Below are positions 18,640-27,409 of a DNA stretch of 64,000 nt, piece by piece. The stretch lies in assembly GCA_026986575.1 (NCBI GenBank), contig JALSOH010000004.1, positions 384,001 through 448,000 of the forward strand, written 5' to 3'. The notes beneath the pieces are model-generated. The model saw only the letters and a list, made by a program, of their open reading frames with translations, was not told the origin of the DNA and did no database searches. The position numbers were made by a program, and so were the translations under genes. Position 1 is the stretch's first letter. Each line of letters opens with the position of its first letter. This DNA comes from Thermoproteota archaeon. Its GTDB lineage: Archaea > Korarchaeota > Korarchaeia > Korarchaeales > Korarchaeaceae.

Positions 18640-20054
18640 TGACCAAATGTGGTAAGGAAGAGAAGAGCTGCCTATCGTGGTTAGTTAACTGGTTTATTGA
18701 CAGGCTCGGGATGGAGGAGTTCACCTCCACCATGGTCTGGAGACACACTCTACACCCAGTCTACAGCCTCGGCGGCCTAACGACCCTCATGTTCATTATT
18801 CAGGCGATTACTGGACTATTGCTCCTCATGTTCTACGTACCAGTGTTCGGAGAGACCAACATGGCCTACGACAGTGTTCTAAGGATAACCGAGGAGGTGG
18901 CATACGGTTCGATCATAAGGGGGTTGCATTTCTACGGGGCCAACCTGATGGTACTCATAGCGATACTCCACTTCCTCAGGGTTTACTTCATGGGAAGCTA
19001 CAAGAAGCCTCACGAGGTGACGTACATAATCGGAATGATAACCGGTTTGCTAGCGATCGTTGCGGGTGTAACTGGCTACTCCTTGAGAATGGACCATGTA
19101 GCTGGGGAGGCCATAAGGATAGGAAACACTTTGGTTACGGGCATGCCTGGAGGTAAAATGATCGCCCAGATAATATATGGGACGGGAACGTTCGACGAGA
19201 TAGTCGGCAGGTACTTGGCGTTCCACATCATGCTGGCTGGCCTGATATTCATCCTGATGCTCGTCCACTTTTTCTCAATTCATCAGCATCACGTGTCACC
19301 CCCTTACGACGGATCCGACCCTGAGCCAGCAGTACCTTTCTTCCCGAACCACATACTGACCGAGGCAGCCGCTGCCTTCGTGATGATAGGCGCCTTAACA
19401 GTTGTATCAGCAGTGTTCCCGGCAGAGCTAGGTCAGAAGTTCCTTCCAACGAAGGAATTGCCGGTAGGTCAGCCTGAATGGTACTTAATGGCTGTTTACG
19501 CAGGGATAAAGACGGGAGTAGATCCAGTCTTCGCTGGCATGGTAGTCCCGGGTGTGCTCCTACTGATATTCGTCCTGATGCCTTGGATTGATCCGGCCTA
19601 CAGCAGGCACCCAAGGAACAGAAGGATAGCCACTATCTACGGCGCCATAATGGTCGGGGAGTTCGTGGTCTTCACAGTGTACGGGATGATTACACCCGGA
19701 GAGCAAATCCCCTTGGTAAACGCGCTGGCCGTCGCGTTCGTTGTCGCATTAATCACCGGAATACCAGCAGCTAGATACACATCCAAGCCCGTCCCCCCGG
19801 TTAGGAGGACTCCGATGAAAAGGGTAAGGCACACACCACTCGTCCTAGAATGGGGCAAGTATATATTCCTGATACTCCTGATAATCCAGTTGATCACCAC
19901 CGCCCTCGGAATCCAAGCCCATCTCGATGAGATGTACACCTTGGCTGGTTTCTACTTCGGCATATCTGTGATAGCCTTTGGATGGGCCCTATTCGTGGCC
20001 AAGGTCGTACTCCTAGACGTTAAATACATAACGAAGCCTGTTCCCTCCTCTTAA
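18636..20054 (+). CDS. Cytochrome b of a Rieske/cytb complex (unsplit, extra C-terminal TM helices)
   Basis: Heme ligands RGLH...ILHFLR and AFH...LVH; PFFP; QPEWY Qo motif; ATG overlaps the Rieske stop. Confidence 0.95.
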   Translation: MMTKCGKEEKSCLSWLVNWFIDRLGMEEFTSTMVWRHTLHPVYSLGGLTTLMFIIQAITGLLLLMFYVPVFGETNMAYDSVLRITEEVAYGSIIRGLHFYGANLMVLIAILHFLRVYFMGSYKKPHEVTYIIGMITGLLAIVAGVTGYSLRMDHVAGEAIRIGNTLVTGMPGGKMIAQIIYGTGTFDEIVGRYLAFHIMLAGLIFILMLVHFFSIHQHHVSPPYDGSDPEPAVPFFPNHILTEAAAAFVMIGALTVVSAVFPAELGQKFLPTKELPVGQPEWYLMAVYAGIKTGVDPVFAGMVVPGVLLLIFVLMPWIDPAYSRHPRNRRIATIYGAIMVGEFVVFTVYGMITPGEQIPLVNALAVAFVVALITGIPAARYTSKPVPPVRRTPMKRVRHTPLVLEWGKYIFLILLIIQLITTALGIQAHLDEMYTLAGFYFGISVIAFGWALFVAKVVLLDVKYITKPVPSS

Positions 20055-20131
20055 CATTTTTCTCCACCGCCTCCTTCCAGATCGACGTTAGCCCACAAAC
20101 CCTTTTTACATTGGAGCCGCCACACGTAACG

Positions 20132-20947
20132 ATGAACAGGGACAGTTTGGTGATTGTGGGAGTCATGCTGATAACTCTGATTGTACTTGGGTCCGCTTAC
20201 ACGGCAGTTTCAAAGGGTGTAGCTCCCTCTTTGCTGGAAAAGGGAACTTCCAGCGGATCTAAACAGAGCAGCACGGGATCTTCTCAAGTAACATCGGGAA
20301 AGACCGGTACTACTCAGACAAAGAAGACAACAACACAAAAAACAACGACCCAGAAGGCACCATTTGACTTCAAGAGCGTATTTCTTAAGAAGACCGAGTT
20401 CTCAATCACTTACGATTACTATCAAGATATGAAGAAGAAAGGCAACGGCGCCCTTTACGTCAAAGGAGATAATAGGAGAATGGATTTCAAGTTCGTTCAG
20501 GGACAGACTATACTCATAAACAAAGGAGATTTGACCATATACTGCTTCAAACAAGCTCAAAGCGACTGGCAATGCTTCCAATCGAAAAACAAGGAATCCA
20601 TTAAGAAGAAGATGGGAGGTGGAAGAGCAAATGATCCGGTGGAGGAAGGTCAGGAGGAGTTCGACAAACCAGTATACAACGGCACTAGGACCTATGCGGG
20701 GAAGACATGCTACTGTTACTACGTTAGCAAGAGCGCGAAGGAAACCGTGAATGGCGTGGACAAGGCGGGAACTCAGCGGGTGGAGATATGTTTAACTCAA
20801 GACGGGATACCGGCCTACTACCTCTACCTATGGAAATCCTCTGATGGAAAGAACATGATTAGAACCGAAATAATAGCCAAGACGATATCGTATAATGTTC
20901 CAGATACCGTCTTCAACCCACCTGTTGAACCGACCAGCATTCCATAA
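20132..20947 (+). CDS. Membrane-anchored/secreted protein with S/T/K/Q linker and Cys-containing beta-rich domain
   Basis: N-terminal TM helix, low-complexity TTQTKKTTTQKTTTQK linker, 5 Cys, no CxxCH. Confidence 0.7.
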   Translation: MNRDSLVIVGVMLITLIVLGSAYTAVSKGVAPSLLEKGTSSGSKQSSTGSSQVTSGKTGTTQTKKTTTQKTTTQKAPFDFKSVFLKKTEFSITYDYYQDMKKKGNGALYVKGDNRRMDFKFVQGQTILINKGDLTIYCFKQAQSDWQCFQSKNKESIKKKMGGGRANDPVEEGQEEFDKPVYNGTRTYAGKTCYCYYVSKSAKETVNGVDKAGTQRVEICLTQDGIPAYYLYLWKSSDGKNMIRTEIIAKTISYNVPDTVFNPPVEPTSIP

Positions 20948-21067
20948 TTGAACCATTTTTCATAATATATTTTAACATCAAAGTTCGAAGTATACCTTTC
21001 CAAGAGGGACATTTCGCAGTAATATTTAACTGCTAGGAGGCCCCTACAATAATGGGGGTGAAAGGGA

Positions 21068-21331
21068 ATGGCTCACCTTAGACTATCGCCAGATTTCGAG
21101 CATGTTTACAACGCCATAATGACCGAGTTGAGGGGTTACATACATGGTTCCGAGTGTCACATGGATAAGATAAAAGAGTGGCTATCTACCCTGCCTCCTG
21201 AGGGAGTGAACTCCCTTCTGGAGCAGCTTAGAAGGAATTTGGAGACTTGGAAGAATATGGGTTCCATAACTGAGGAGCAGTATAAGAGGGCCCTCCAGAA
21301 ACTTGAGGAGATAAGAGACCTAGCTAAGTAA
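21068..21331 (+). CDS. Hypothetical helical protein (87 aa)
   Basis: ATG with GGGGGTGA SD and an upstream TATA; fills the intergenic gap. Confidence 0.65.
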   Translation: MAHLRLSPDFEHVYNAIMTELRGYIHGSECHMDKIKEWLSTLPPEGVNSLLEQLRRNLETWKNMGSITEEQYKRALQKLEEIRDLAK

Positions 21332-21353
21332 CCTGCTGACTCACATTATCCTT

Positions 21354-21397
21354 CCCACCTGCGCACACGCACTTGGCAGGTGGGGTTCTAAGTTTTT
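21354..21397 (+). terminator. 9-bp GC hairpin followed by a T-run between the hypothetical gene and pyrG
   Basis: CCCACCTGC (21354-62) / GCAGGTGGG (21376-84), then TTTTT. The T-run may double as the pyrG TATA box. Confidence 0.4.
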
Positions 21398-21423
21398 ATG
21401 TTAGATCGACTCGACCCCAATAC

Positions 21424-23046
21424 GTGGACTTCAAGCTGATCATCGTAACCGGAGGAGTCATAAGCGGACTTGGGAAGGGTGTAATAGCTGCTTCTATCGG
21501 AAAACTCCTCCAATCTAGAGGGTTCTCCATCTCCATGATAAAAATAGATCCCTACCTGAATCCAGATCCTGGGACCCTGAATCCTATAGAGCACGGCGAG
21601 GTCTTCATAACGGAGGAAGTATGGCACTTCAAACCGGGTCGTGGCGTAGAATTCAAGATAGCCGAGATCGATGAGGACTTCGGTCACTACGAGAGGTTCC
21701 TCGATGTGAACATGCATCCCTCCAACAATATAACTAGCGGTCAGATAATGCTAAGCGTTATCTTAGGTGAGAGAAAAGGGAGGTACTTAGGCCAGACGAT
21801 AAGGCTGATACCTCACGTGACTCAAGCCATAAAGGAGAGGATATATGAGGTAGCGAGGAGGGAAGAGCCCGATATACTGATAGTGGAGCTAGGAGGGACG
21901 GTAGGAGATTACGAGGCCATGGCATTCGTTGAGGCACTCAGACAGCTCAGACTTGAAGTGGGAACAGAGAATTCGGTGCACATCCATGTCACCTATGTCC
22001 CCTTTGTTGAGACCGTCGGTGAGTTCAAGACGAAGCCAGCTCAACTCTTCTTCAGGGAAGTGCTGGCTGCTGGCCTCCCGCCGGACTTCGTCATAGCTAG
22101 GACGCAGTCCTCCCTTCCAGACGCGGTCAAGGCGAAACTTGCATTGTATGCAAGCGTTCCGGGAGATGCTGTGTTTGAAGACCCGGATCTAGACGTAGTT
22201 TACGAACTTCCCCTCTATCTGGAGGAAAGGGGTCTGGGCATGAAGCTGGAGGAGAAACTCGGCATCAGGGGAAAGCCCGACATGGAGGAATGGAGAGGGA
22301 TAGTGGAGAAGTTCAAGCGAGGTGAGCCCAAGAAAATAGCTATGATAGGCAAGTACTGGAGGATGTCCGACGTCTACATCTCCATAGTGGAGGCTATCAA
22401 GCACGCAGGAGCTGATTTGGGGATAAAGCCAGAGATACTAGCTGTCGACTCGGAGGAGCTGGAGAGAGGGATCGGGTGGGAACTACTGGAAGAAGCGGAT
22501 GGGATCCTCTCCACTCCGGGTTTCGGCTCTAGGGGAACTGAGGGGATGATCAAGGCTGCGGGATGGGCATTGAAAGAGGGTAAACCGTTCCTAGGCATAT
22601 GCTTCGGGGCCCAGCTCGCGACCGTGGCCTTCGCTAGGGAGGTCATGGGATGGGAGGGAGCGCACTCCACGGAGATAGACCCCAATACCCCTTGGCCTGT
22701 CATAGATCTCCTCCCCGAGCAGAGGCAGATTGAGGAGGTGGGGGGTACAATGAGGCTCGGTGGACATGAGGTGGTCCTCTTGGAAGGCATACTCAGGAGG
22801 GCCTATGGCAAGGAGAGAGTGGTCGAGAGGTTCAGACACAGGTACCACATAATTAGGGAGTTTGCAGAGAGGATGGAGGAGAGGGGGTATAAGATAACGG
22901 CCGTGGATACAAGTGGTAGGATAATAAATGCGTTCGAGGTGGAGGGGCACCCCTACTACGTGGGCGTCCAGTTCCACCCGGAGTTCAAATCGAGGCCGGG
23001 GAGGCCCAGCCCCACATATAGGTCGTTCTTGGAGTCCCTCAGATAG
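21424..23046 (+). CDS. pyrG: CTP synthase (probable GTG start at 21424)
   Basis: TGGVISGLGKG, KIDPYLN, GGTVGD, KTKP, GICFG, RFRHRY, QFHPEF. Confidence 0.96.
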   Translation: MDFKLIIVTGGVISGLGKGVIAASIGKLLQSRGFSISMIKIDPYLNPDPGTLNPIEHGEVFITEEVWHFKPGRGVEFKIAEIDEDFGHYERFLDVNMHPSNNITSGQIMLSVILGERKGRYLGQTIRLIPHVTQAIKERIYEVARREEPDILIVELGGTVGDYEAMAFVEALRQLRLEVGTENSVHIHVTYVPFVETVGEFKTKPAQLFFREVLAAGLPPDFVIARTQSSLPDAVKAKLALYASVPGDAVFEDPDLDVVYELPLYLEERGLGMKLEEKLGIRGKPDMEEWRGIVEKFKRGEPKKIAMIGKYWRMSDVYISIVEAIKHAGADLGIKPEILAVDSEELERGIGWELLEEADGILSTPGFGSRGTEGMIKAAGWALKEGKPFLGICFGAQLATVAFAREVMGWEGAHSTEIDPNTPWPVIDLLPEQRQIEEVGGTMRLGGHEVVLLEGILRRAYGKERVVERFRHRYHIIREFAERMEERGYKITAVDTSGRIINAFEVEGHPYYVGVQFHPEFKSRPGRPSPTYRSFLESLR

Positions 23047-24169
23047 AGTTCAGTACCACCTTCACCTCTTTAATCACCATGTCAACCTCTTCGTCCTTCA
23101 TGCAGTGGAATATAGGTAGATAAAGCACCTCCTTCGTCAGCCTCTCTGCGTTCGGAGTCTTCACGTTTGAGTAATTTACTCCCCCAAAGAGAACGTGCAA
23201 GTAGTTGTATTCCCTCTCAGAGAGCCTAGACATGACTGGTTGTCTCTGGAGAGGCATTGGATACGCAGGTCTAGCTAGCACACCTCTTTCCCTGAGCATC
23301 CTCACGACCTCATCCCTCTTCGATCCAACCCTTATGGGATAGAGGTGCCAGACCGGTTCGGCCCAATCCGCGCTGGCCGGCGTCTCCACAATCCCAGAGA
23401 GCTCCTCTGTATATCTGGAGGCGATCTCTCTCCTTCTATAATTAAATTCATCAAGTTTTCGCAGCTGGACCAGACCTATTGCTGCATTCATCTCGGTCAT
23501 CCTGTAATTGAAACCCACGTAGTGATGCTCGTATTTCGAGACTTGGCCTTGGTCCCTTATGACCTTGGCCCTCTGATACACGTACTCGTCATCTGTGGTT
23601 ATGATTCCTCCCTCCCCCGTTGTCATGTTCTTGGTAGGATAGAAACTGAAGGCCCCGGCCTCCCCTATGCTCCCCACCTTCCTCCCCTTGTAGAGGGCTC
23701 CGTGGGCTTGGGCGGCGTCCTCCAACAGGAACACCTCTCTATCCCCTATGGCCTCCCTGATCGAATCTAGATCAGCGGGATGACCGTGGATGTGGACGGG
23801 AATGACTGCCCTGACTTTCGAGGTGAGTTTCCTTCTCAGATCTTCAGGGTCCATTGTTCCCGTCTTGGGATCCACATCAACGAATACAGGTTTTGCCCCA
23901 CTAAGTATCACAGAGGAGGCTGTCGCATAGAAGGTGTAGCTGGGAACGGCCACCTCATCTCCAGGACCTATTCCAAGTGAGATGAGAGCTACATGAAGGG
24001 CTGCGGTTCCGTTCGATACCGCTACAGCGTACTTGCTACCGACGTAAGATGCAAACTCGTTCTCGAACTCCTCAACTAGCTTACCTTGGGCTAACATTCC
24101 TGACCTAAGCACTTCGACAACTCGGCTTATCTCTTCCTCCCCTATACAAGGTCTCGCTATCGGTATCAT
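23039..24169 (-). CDS. DegT/DnrJ/EryC1/StrS PLP aminotransferase
   Basis: NGTAALH, EDAAQAHGA, FSFYPTKNMTTGEGG, GFNYRM. Confidence 0.93.
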   Translation of the reverse strand: MIPIARPCIGEEEISRVVEVLRSGMLAQGKLVEEFENEFASYVGSKYAVAVSNGTAALHVALISLGIGPGDEVAVPSYTFYATASSVILSGAKPVFVDVDPKTGTMDPEDLRRKLTSKVRAVIPVHIHGHPADLDSIREAIGDREVFLLEDAAQAHGALYKGRKVGSIGEAGAFSFYPTKNMTTGEGGIITTDDEYVYQRAKVIRDQGQVSKYEHHYVGFNYRMTEMNAAIGLVQLRKLDEFNYRRREIASRYTEELSGIVETPASADWAEPVWHLYPIRVGSKRDEVVRMLRERGVLARPAYPMPLQRQPVMSRLSEREYNYLHVLFGGVNYSNVKTPNAERLTKEVLYLPIFHCMKDEEVDMVIKEVKVVLNSI

Positions 24170-24214
24170 GGAAACACCTTCGGCTTATAGCCTCGACTCG
24201 AAAAACATAAGAGT

Positions 24215-25390
24215 ATGCTGCTAGCGCTGGGGGTCACGATACCAGGCTTGGATCCCTTTCTAGGTGAGGAGGTAAAGGAGCTACTGGGTAGAGATGTCAG
24301 GGGAGTGGTACCTGGAAAAGTGGAGTTTCTAGCGACTCCTGAAGAGATCTTGAGGTTGAACTATACCTCTAGAACCGCGATCAGGTTCTTGATACTGGTG
24401 AGCAAGGAAATACTCGATCCCATAAATCTAGAGTCGGTGAAGAAGTCTGCCTCCTCAATTGAGTGGTCCTCCTTCTTCAGTCCTTCTTCCACGTTTGCAG
24501 TGAGAGCTGAGAGGGTGGGTTATCACGATTTCACCAGCGTGGAGGTGGCAGCCACCGTGGGAGAAGCCGTAGTGGAGCACTTCTCCTCTCTGGGCACTAG
24601 AATAAGGGCCAACCTAAAGAGGCCTGATGTAGTAATCAGAGCTTACGTGAGCGGAAATATCCTCCTTTTAGGATTGGATGCAACTGGGGAGAGCCTTCAC
24701 AAACGAGGATACAGGGTGTTCGAGCACAGGACGGCCCTTAATCCCGTGATAGCCTATTCATTGGTCAAGCTCAGTGGCTGGCTTGATTCTCTTCCCTCTG
24801 ATCCAAGCTCGGTTCTCGTAGATCCAATGTGTGGTGGTGGGACAATTCCCATCGAGGGAGTGTTGGCCGCCTTGAGGATACCTCCTGGGAGGTGGAGGAG
24901 GAATTACCCTGTGGATCACCTCTCCCTCTTCCAAGGCATCTCTCAGGAGGAGATATTCAATCGGGAGGATTCGTACATTGTAGATAGGGATCTGAACGTC
25001 TTATGCTTCGACATAAGCCCAAAAAGCATAAGGGGGGCCATGGAGAACGCCAAGTCGGCTGGCGTCTACGACAAGATAGAGTTCGATGTGAGGGACGCAA
25101 GCGAGCTGATCTCCCTCAATAGAATAAGCTCCGTGGCCACGGATCCACCATATGAGTTAAGGACTGGGAGGAACAGGAGAATAGGTGAGACCTTCCATAG
25201 AATGGCCTCCGCCCTCGAGGAGAAGCTCGAGCATAGGTTCTCAGCCATATGCGCTGGCCCAGCCCTTCCCAAACTCATGGCGGCTATGCGAAACCTTAAG
25301 CTGGTGTTCAAAAGGAGGATCCTCTATGGCGGGATTGAGGCTAGGTTGCTAGCCTACGAGAGGAGGGGCACCGGACAAGAAGGCCACTAA
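24215..25390 (+). CDS. trm14: THUMP-domain tRNA m2G6 methyltransferase (Trm14-like)
   Basis: THUMP TFAVRAERVG.HDFTS, SLHKRGYR, DPMCGGGT, DPPY. Confidence 0.85.
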   Translation: MLLALGVTIPGLDPFLGEEVKELLGRDVRGVVPGKVEFLATPEEILRLNYTSRTAIRFLILVSKEILDPINLESVKKSASSIEWSSFFSPSSTFAVRAERVGYHDFTSVEVAATVGEAVVEHFSSLGTRIRANLKRPDVVIRAYVSGNILLLGLDATGESLHKRGYRVFEHRTALNPVIAYSLVKLSGWLDSLPSDPSSVLVDPMCGGGTIPIEGVLAALRIPPGRWRRNYPVDHLSLFQGISQEEIFNREDSYIVDRDLNVLCFDISPKSIRGAMENAKSAGVYDKIEFDVRDASELISLNRISSVATDPPYELRTGRNRRIGETFHRMASALEEKLEHRFSAICAGPALPKLMAAMRNLKLVFKRRILYGGIEARLLAYERRGTGQEGH

Positions 25391-25993
25391 AGTACTCACT
25401 ATAGGGACTGCTATGTTGTCCTCACCCCCGTACAACTCCGCCACCGAGGAGGAGATAGATACCAATGCCGCAAGGTAGGGGTCTCCAGTTAAGCTCACTA
25501 ACAAGGCTAGGTAAGAGATAAGACCTGCAGCCGTACCCTCCACGGTCCCATCAGCCATCGGGATCTTGACCCTGCCCACTGATATTCCCACTATCGAGGA
25601 AAGTCCATCGGTTAATATGAGGGCGAATATGCCGTAAGAGGCAAGTGAGCCGAAGAGGAAGTAGGAAGAAGAGACGCCAATCAATCCAGACAAGGCACCA
25701 AGCCAACCAGCCCTCCTTTCATAGTCCCTCTCAACGAGACTCACCAACCTGTTGAATGATTCGAGGACAATCTCCACCCCCTTAGGTTGAGGGATCTGCA
25801 TCCCCGACCTGAGCCATTGAGGGAGGCCCTTCACCTGAACTGAGTAGATCCACCCGCCGACAGCGAGGGCCGCAGCGTATACGAGTTTAGGATCTATCAG
25901 ATCCCCAAACATCATCGGAGCGAGGAGGATCGAGGAGAACAGGATGTGGATCGCTTTCCTGAGCAACTCATTCCTCTTGAAATTTACTACCAA
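25349..25993 (-). CDS. Dolichol/phytol kinase-like (CTP-dependent) membrane protein
   Basis: RKAIH, DGLSSIVG, GTVEGT, EDNIAVP. Confidence 0.78.
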   Translation of the reverse strand: MVVNFKRNELLRKAIHILFSSILLAPMMFGDLIDPKLVYAAALAVGGWIYSVQVKGLPQWLRSGMQIPQPKGVEIVLESFNRLVSLVERDYERRAGWLGALSGLIGVSSSYFLFGSLASYGIFALILTDGLSSIVGISVGRVKIPMADGTVEGTAAGLISYLALLVSLTGDPYLAALVSISSSVAELYGGEDNIAVPIVSTLVAFLSGAPPLVG

Positions 25994-26715
25994 AGGACAT
26001 CCCCCAGTACCATCACCACGGCCGATACTATGGGTACCGTAAGATTATCGTCTAACTTCGGCCACCTCTCCACCAGAGTGGCCACGATAGCGGCTATAGC
26101 ACCAATGTACCCCTTGTAAAAGAATCCTATAGGCAGAGAGACTAGAAGCATGGCCACGCTACCCGCAGCTCCCTTACTCCACCTCTTATAGACGATGCTC
26201 CTGACTATACCAGTTACTCCATCGCCCACCGACATGAACAGCGCTGCAGCAACGCCCGCGCTCAGGTCTACGTACCAAAGTCCCACTATAACCAGTGTCC
26301 ATGTGATGCAGAAGTAAACCTCTCCCAGATTGCCCTCCACTTGGAACCAGTCGAACCTCTCCCCCCTTAGCCTAGGAATCAGAGTTAGCACGATCATCCC
26401 GACACCGCCTATAAGTGGTATCGCCGGGGACTTGAAGAGATAAGGTGTCAGAACAGCCACTAGCCCGCCAGACAGTATGTGTATAACTTTCCTAGCTACG
26501 TAGAGGTTTTGCCATCCGGCTACCTTCTTGGATATCCAGAACACTACTACAGAAATCCAGACGACCAAGATGAACAACCAGAGAATCTCGTCAATGCTGG
26601 GACTCCAATACCAAAGAGCTATGGTCGACACGAGCAGTGACGCCAGCAGGATGATGGGTATCTCCGCTCTCATCCACGAGGGTCCGGTTGACTCTATACT
26701 ATAAAGTCCCCGCAC
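25987..26715 (-). CDS. Dolichol/phytol kinase-like (CTP-dependent) membrane protein
   Basis: ARKVIH, GDGVTGIV, KGAAGS, DDNLTVP. Confidence 0.8.
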   Translation of the reverse strand: MRGLYSIESTGPSWMRAEIPIILLASLLVSTIALWYWSPSIDEILWLFILVVWISVVVFWISKKVAGWQNLYVARKVIHILSGGLVAVLTPYLFKSPAIPLIGGVGMIVLTLIPRLRGERFDWFQVEGNLGEVYFCITWTLVIVGLWYVDLSAGVAAALFMSVGDGVTGIVRSIVYKRWSKGAAGSVAMLLVSLPIGFFYKGYIGAIAAIVATLVERWPKLDDNLTVPIVSAVVMVLGDVLW

Positions 26716-26734
26716 GATCAGTCGATCGAATGAA

Positions 26735-26815
26735 GGGGGTCAGGGGAGGACCACATCATCATCGCCTCCGGGGAGCTCAAAAGGGTAAGGTAAGCCGGCC
26801 GGCCCTCATCCCCCC
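26735..26815 (-). ncRNA. Candidate C/D-box guide sRNA
   Basis: Minus strand: GGG-GGGATGA(C)...CTTACCTTACCCTT-TTGA(D')-GCTCCCCGGAGGCG-ATGATGA(C')-TGTGGTCCTCCC-CTGA(D)-CCCCC; terminal G/C stem; AT-rich TATA-like sequence upstream. Confidence 0.65.
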
Positions 26816-26873
26816 TGTTGAGTGTGCGTCCTCTTATGTAATCTTTATCGCTTGAAAAAGAAGTGGATGTATC

Positions 26874-27254
26874 ATGGCTGAGGAGTCCCTCCCACCAAGT
26901 CTGGGGAAAGTGCTTAAAAAGCTCGACAGAGGAGAGGAAGTGAGCGATAAGGAGTTATCTAATGCCTTCGCTGAGCTCAGGAGAGATTTCTTCAAAGTAG
27001 GAGAAGTTCTACTCTCTACGAGATTATCCCTATATGAGATGATCAGGTTGGGCATAGAGACGGCGGACGAGGACCTATTTCTCGCATGCGAAGAGCACGA
27101 TTCCCTGAGGAGGATCGTCTACAAGGTCGTGAGGATGATGAGCGGGGAGAGTTTGGAGAAGGCATCCAAGGAGATACTCTCCAAGGACTTGGAAAGGACC
27201 CTCTTGGGTGCGTTCATAATGAGAAGATTGGGTGGTCGGGGCGGGGGGACTTGA
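26874..27254 (+). CDS. Hypothetical protein; 3' end overlaps the 3' end of tRNA-Tyr
   Basis: 126-aa ORF with codon usage like neighbouring genes. Confidence 0.6.
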   Translation: MAEESLPPSLGKVLKKLDRGEEVSDKELSNAFAELRRDFFKVGEVLLSTRLSLYEMIRLGIETADEDLFLACEEHDSLRRIVYKVVRMMSGESLEKASKEILSKDLERTLLGAFIMRRLGGRGGGT

Positions 27255-27352
27255 ACCCCCGACCTGCCGGTATCTGTGAGAGCGGGCCGCTGACGGAGCG
27301 CCGCCCGGCGCCCTCTACAGCCGGCCGCTCTGCCAGGCTGAGCTACGCCCCG
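27233..27352 (-). tRNA. tRNA-Tyr(GTA) with 43-nt canonical 37/38 intron (27272-27314) and encoded CCA
   Basis: Acceptor CGGGGCG/CGCCCCG (C1:G72), A73, CCA; D arm GCTC/GAGC; anticodon stem GCCGG/CCGGC; T loop TTCAAGT; BHB motif with CTGT/ACAG helix and AGA/ATA bulges. Confidence 0.97.
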
Positions 27353-27409
27353 CCACCTAGATGAGTGCAACCCCTCTATATTAATTTTACAGTCCGAGCT
27401 GCGCGACAG

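Noticed and set aside
26874-27254. ORF overlapping the tRNA 3' end as a possible integration scar
   Set aside because: No integrase and no duplicated tRNA 3' end (att site) seen in the window
27086-27370. ORFs of 92 and 83 aa across the tRNA
   Set aside because: Explained by the GC-rich tRNA-Tyr gene and its intron
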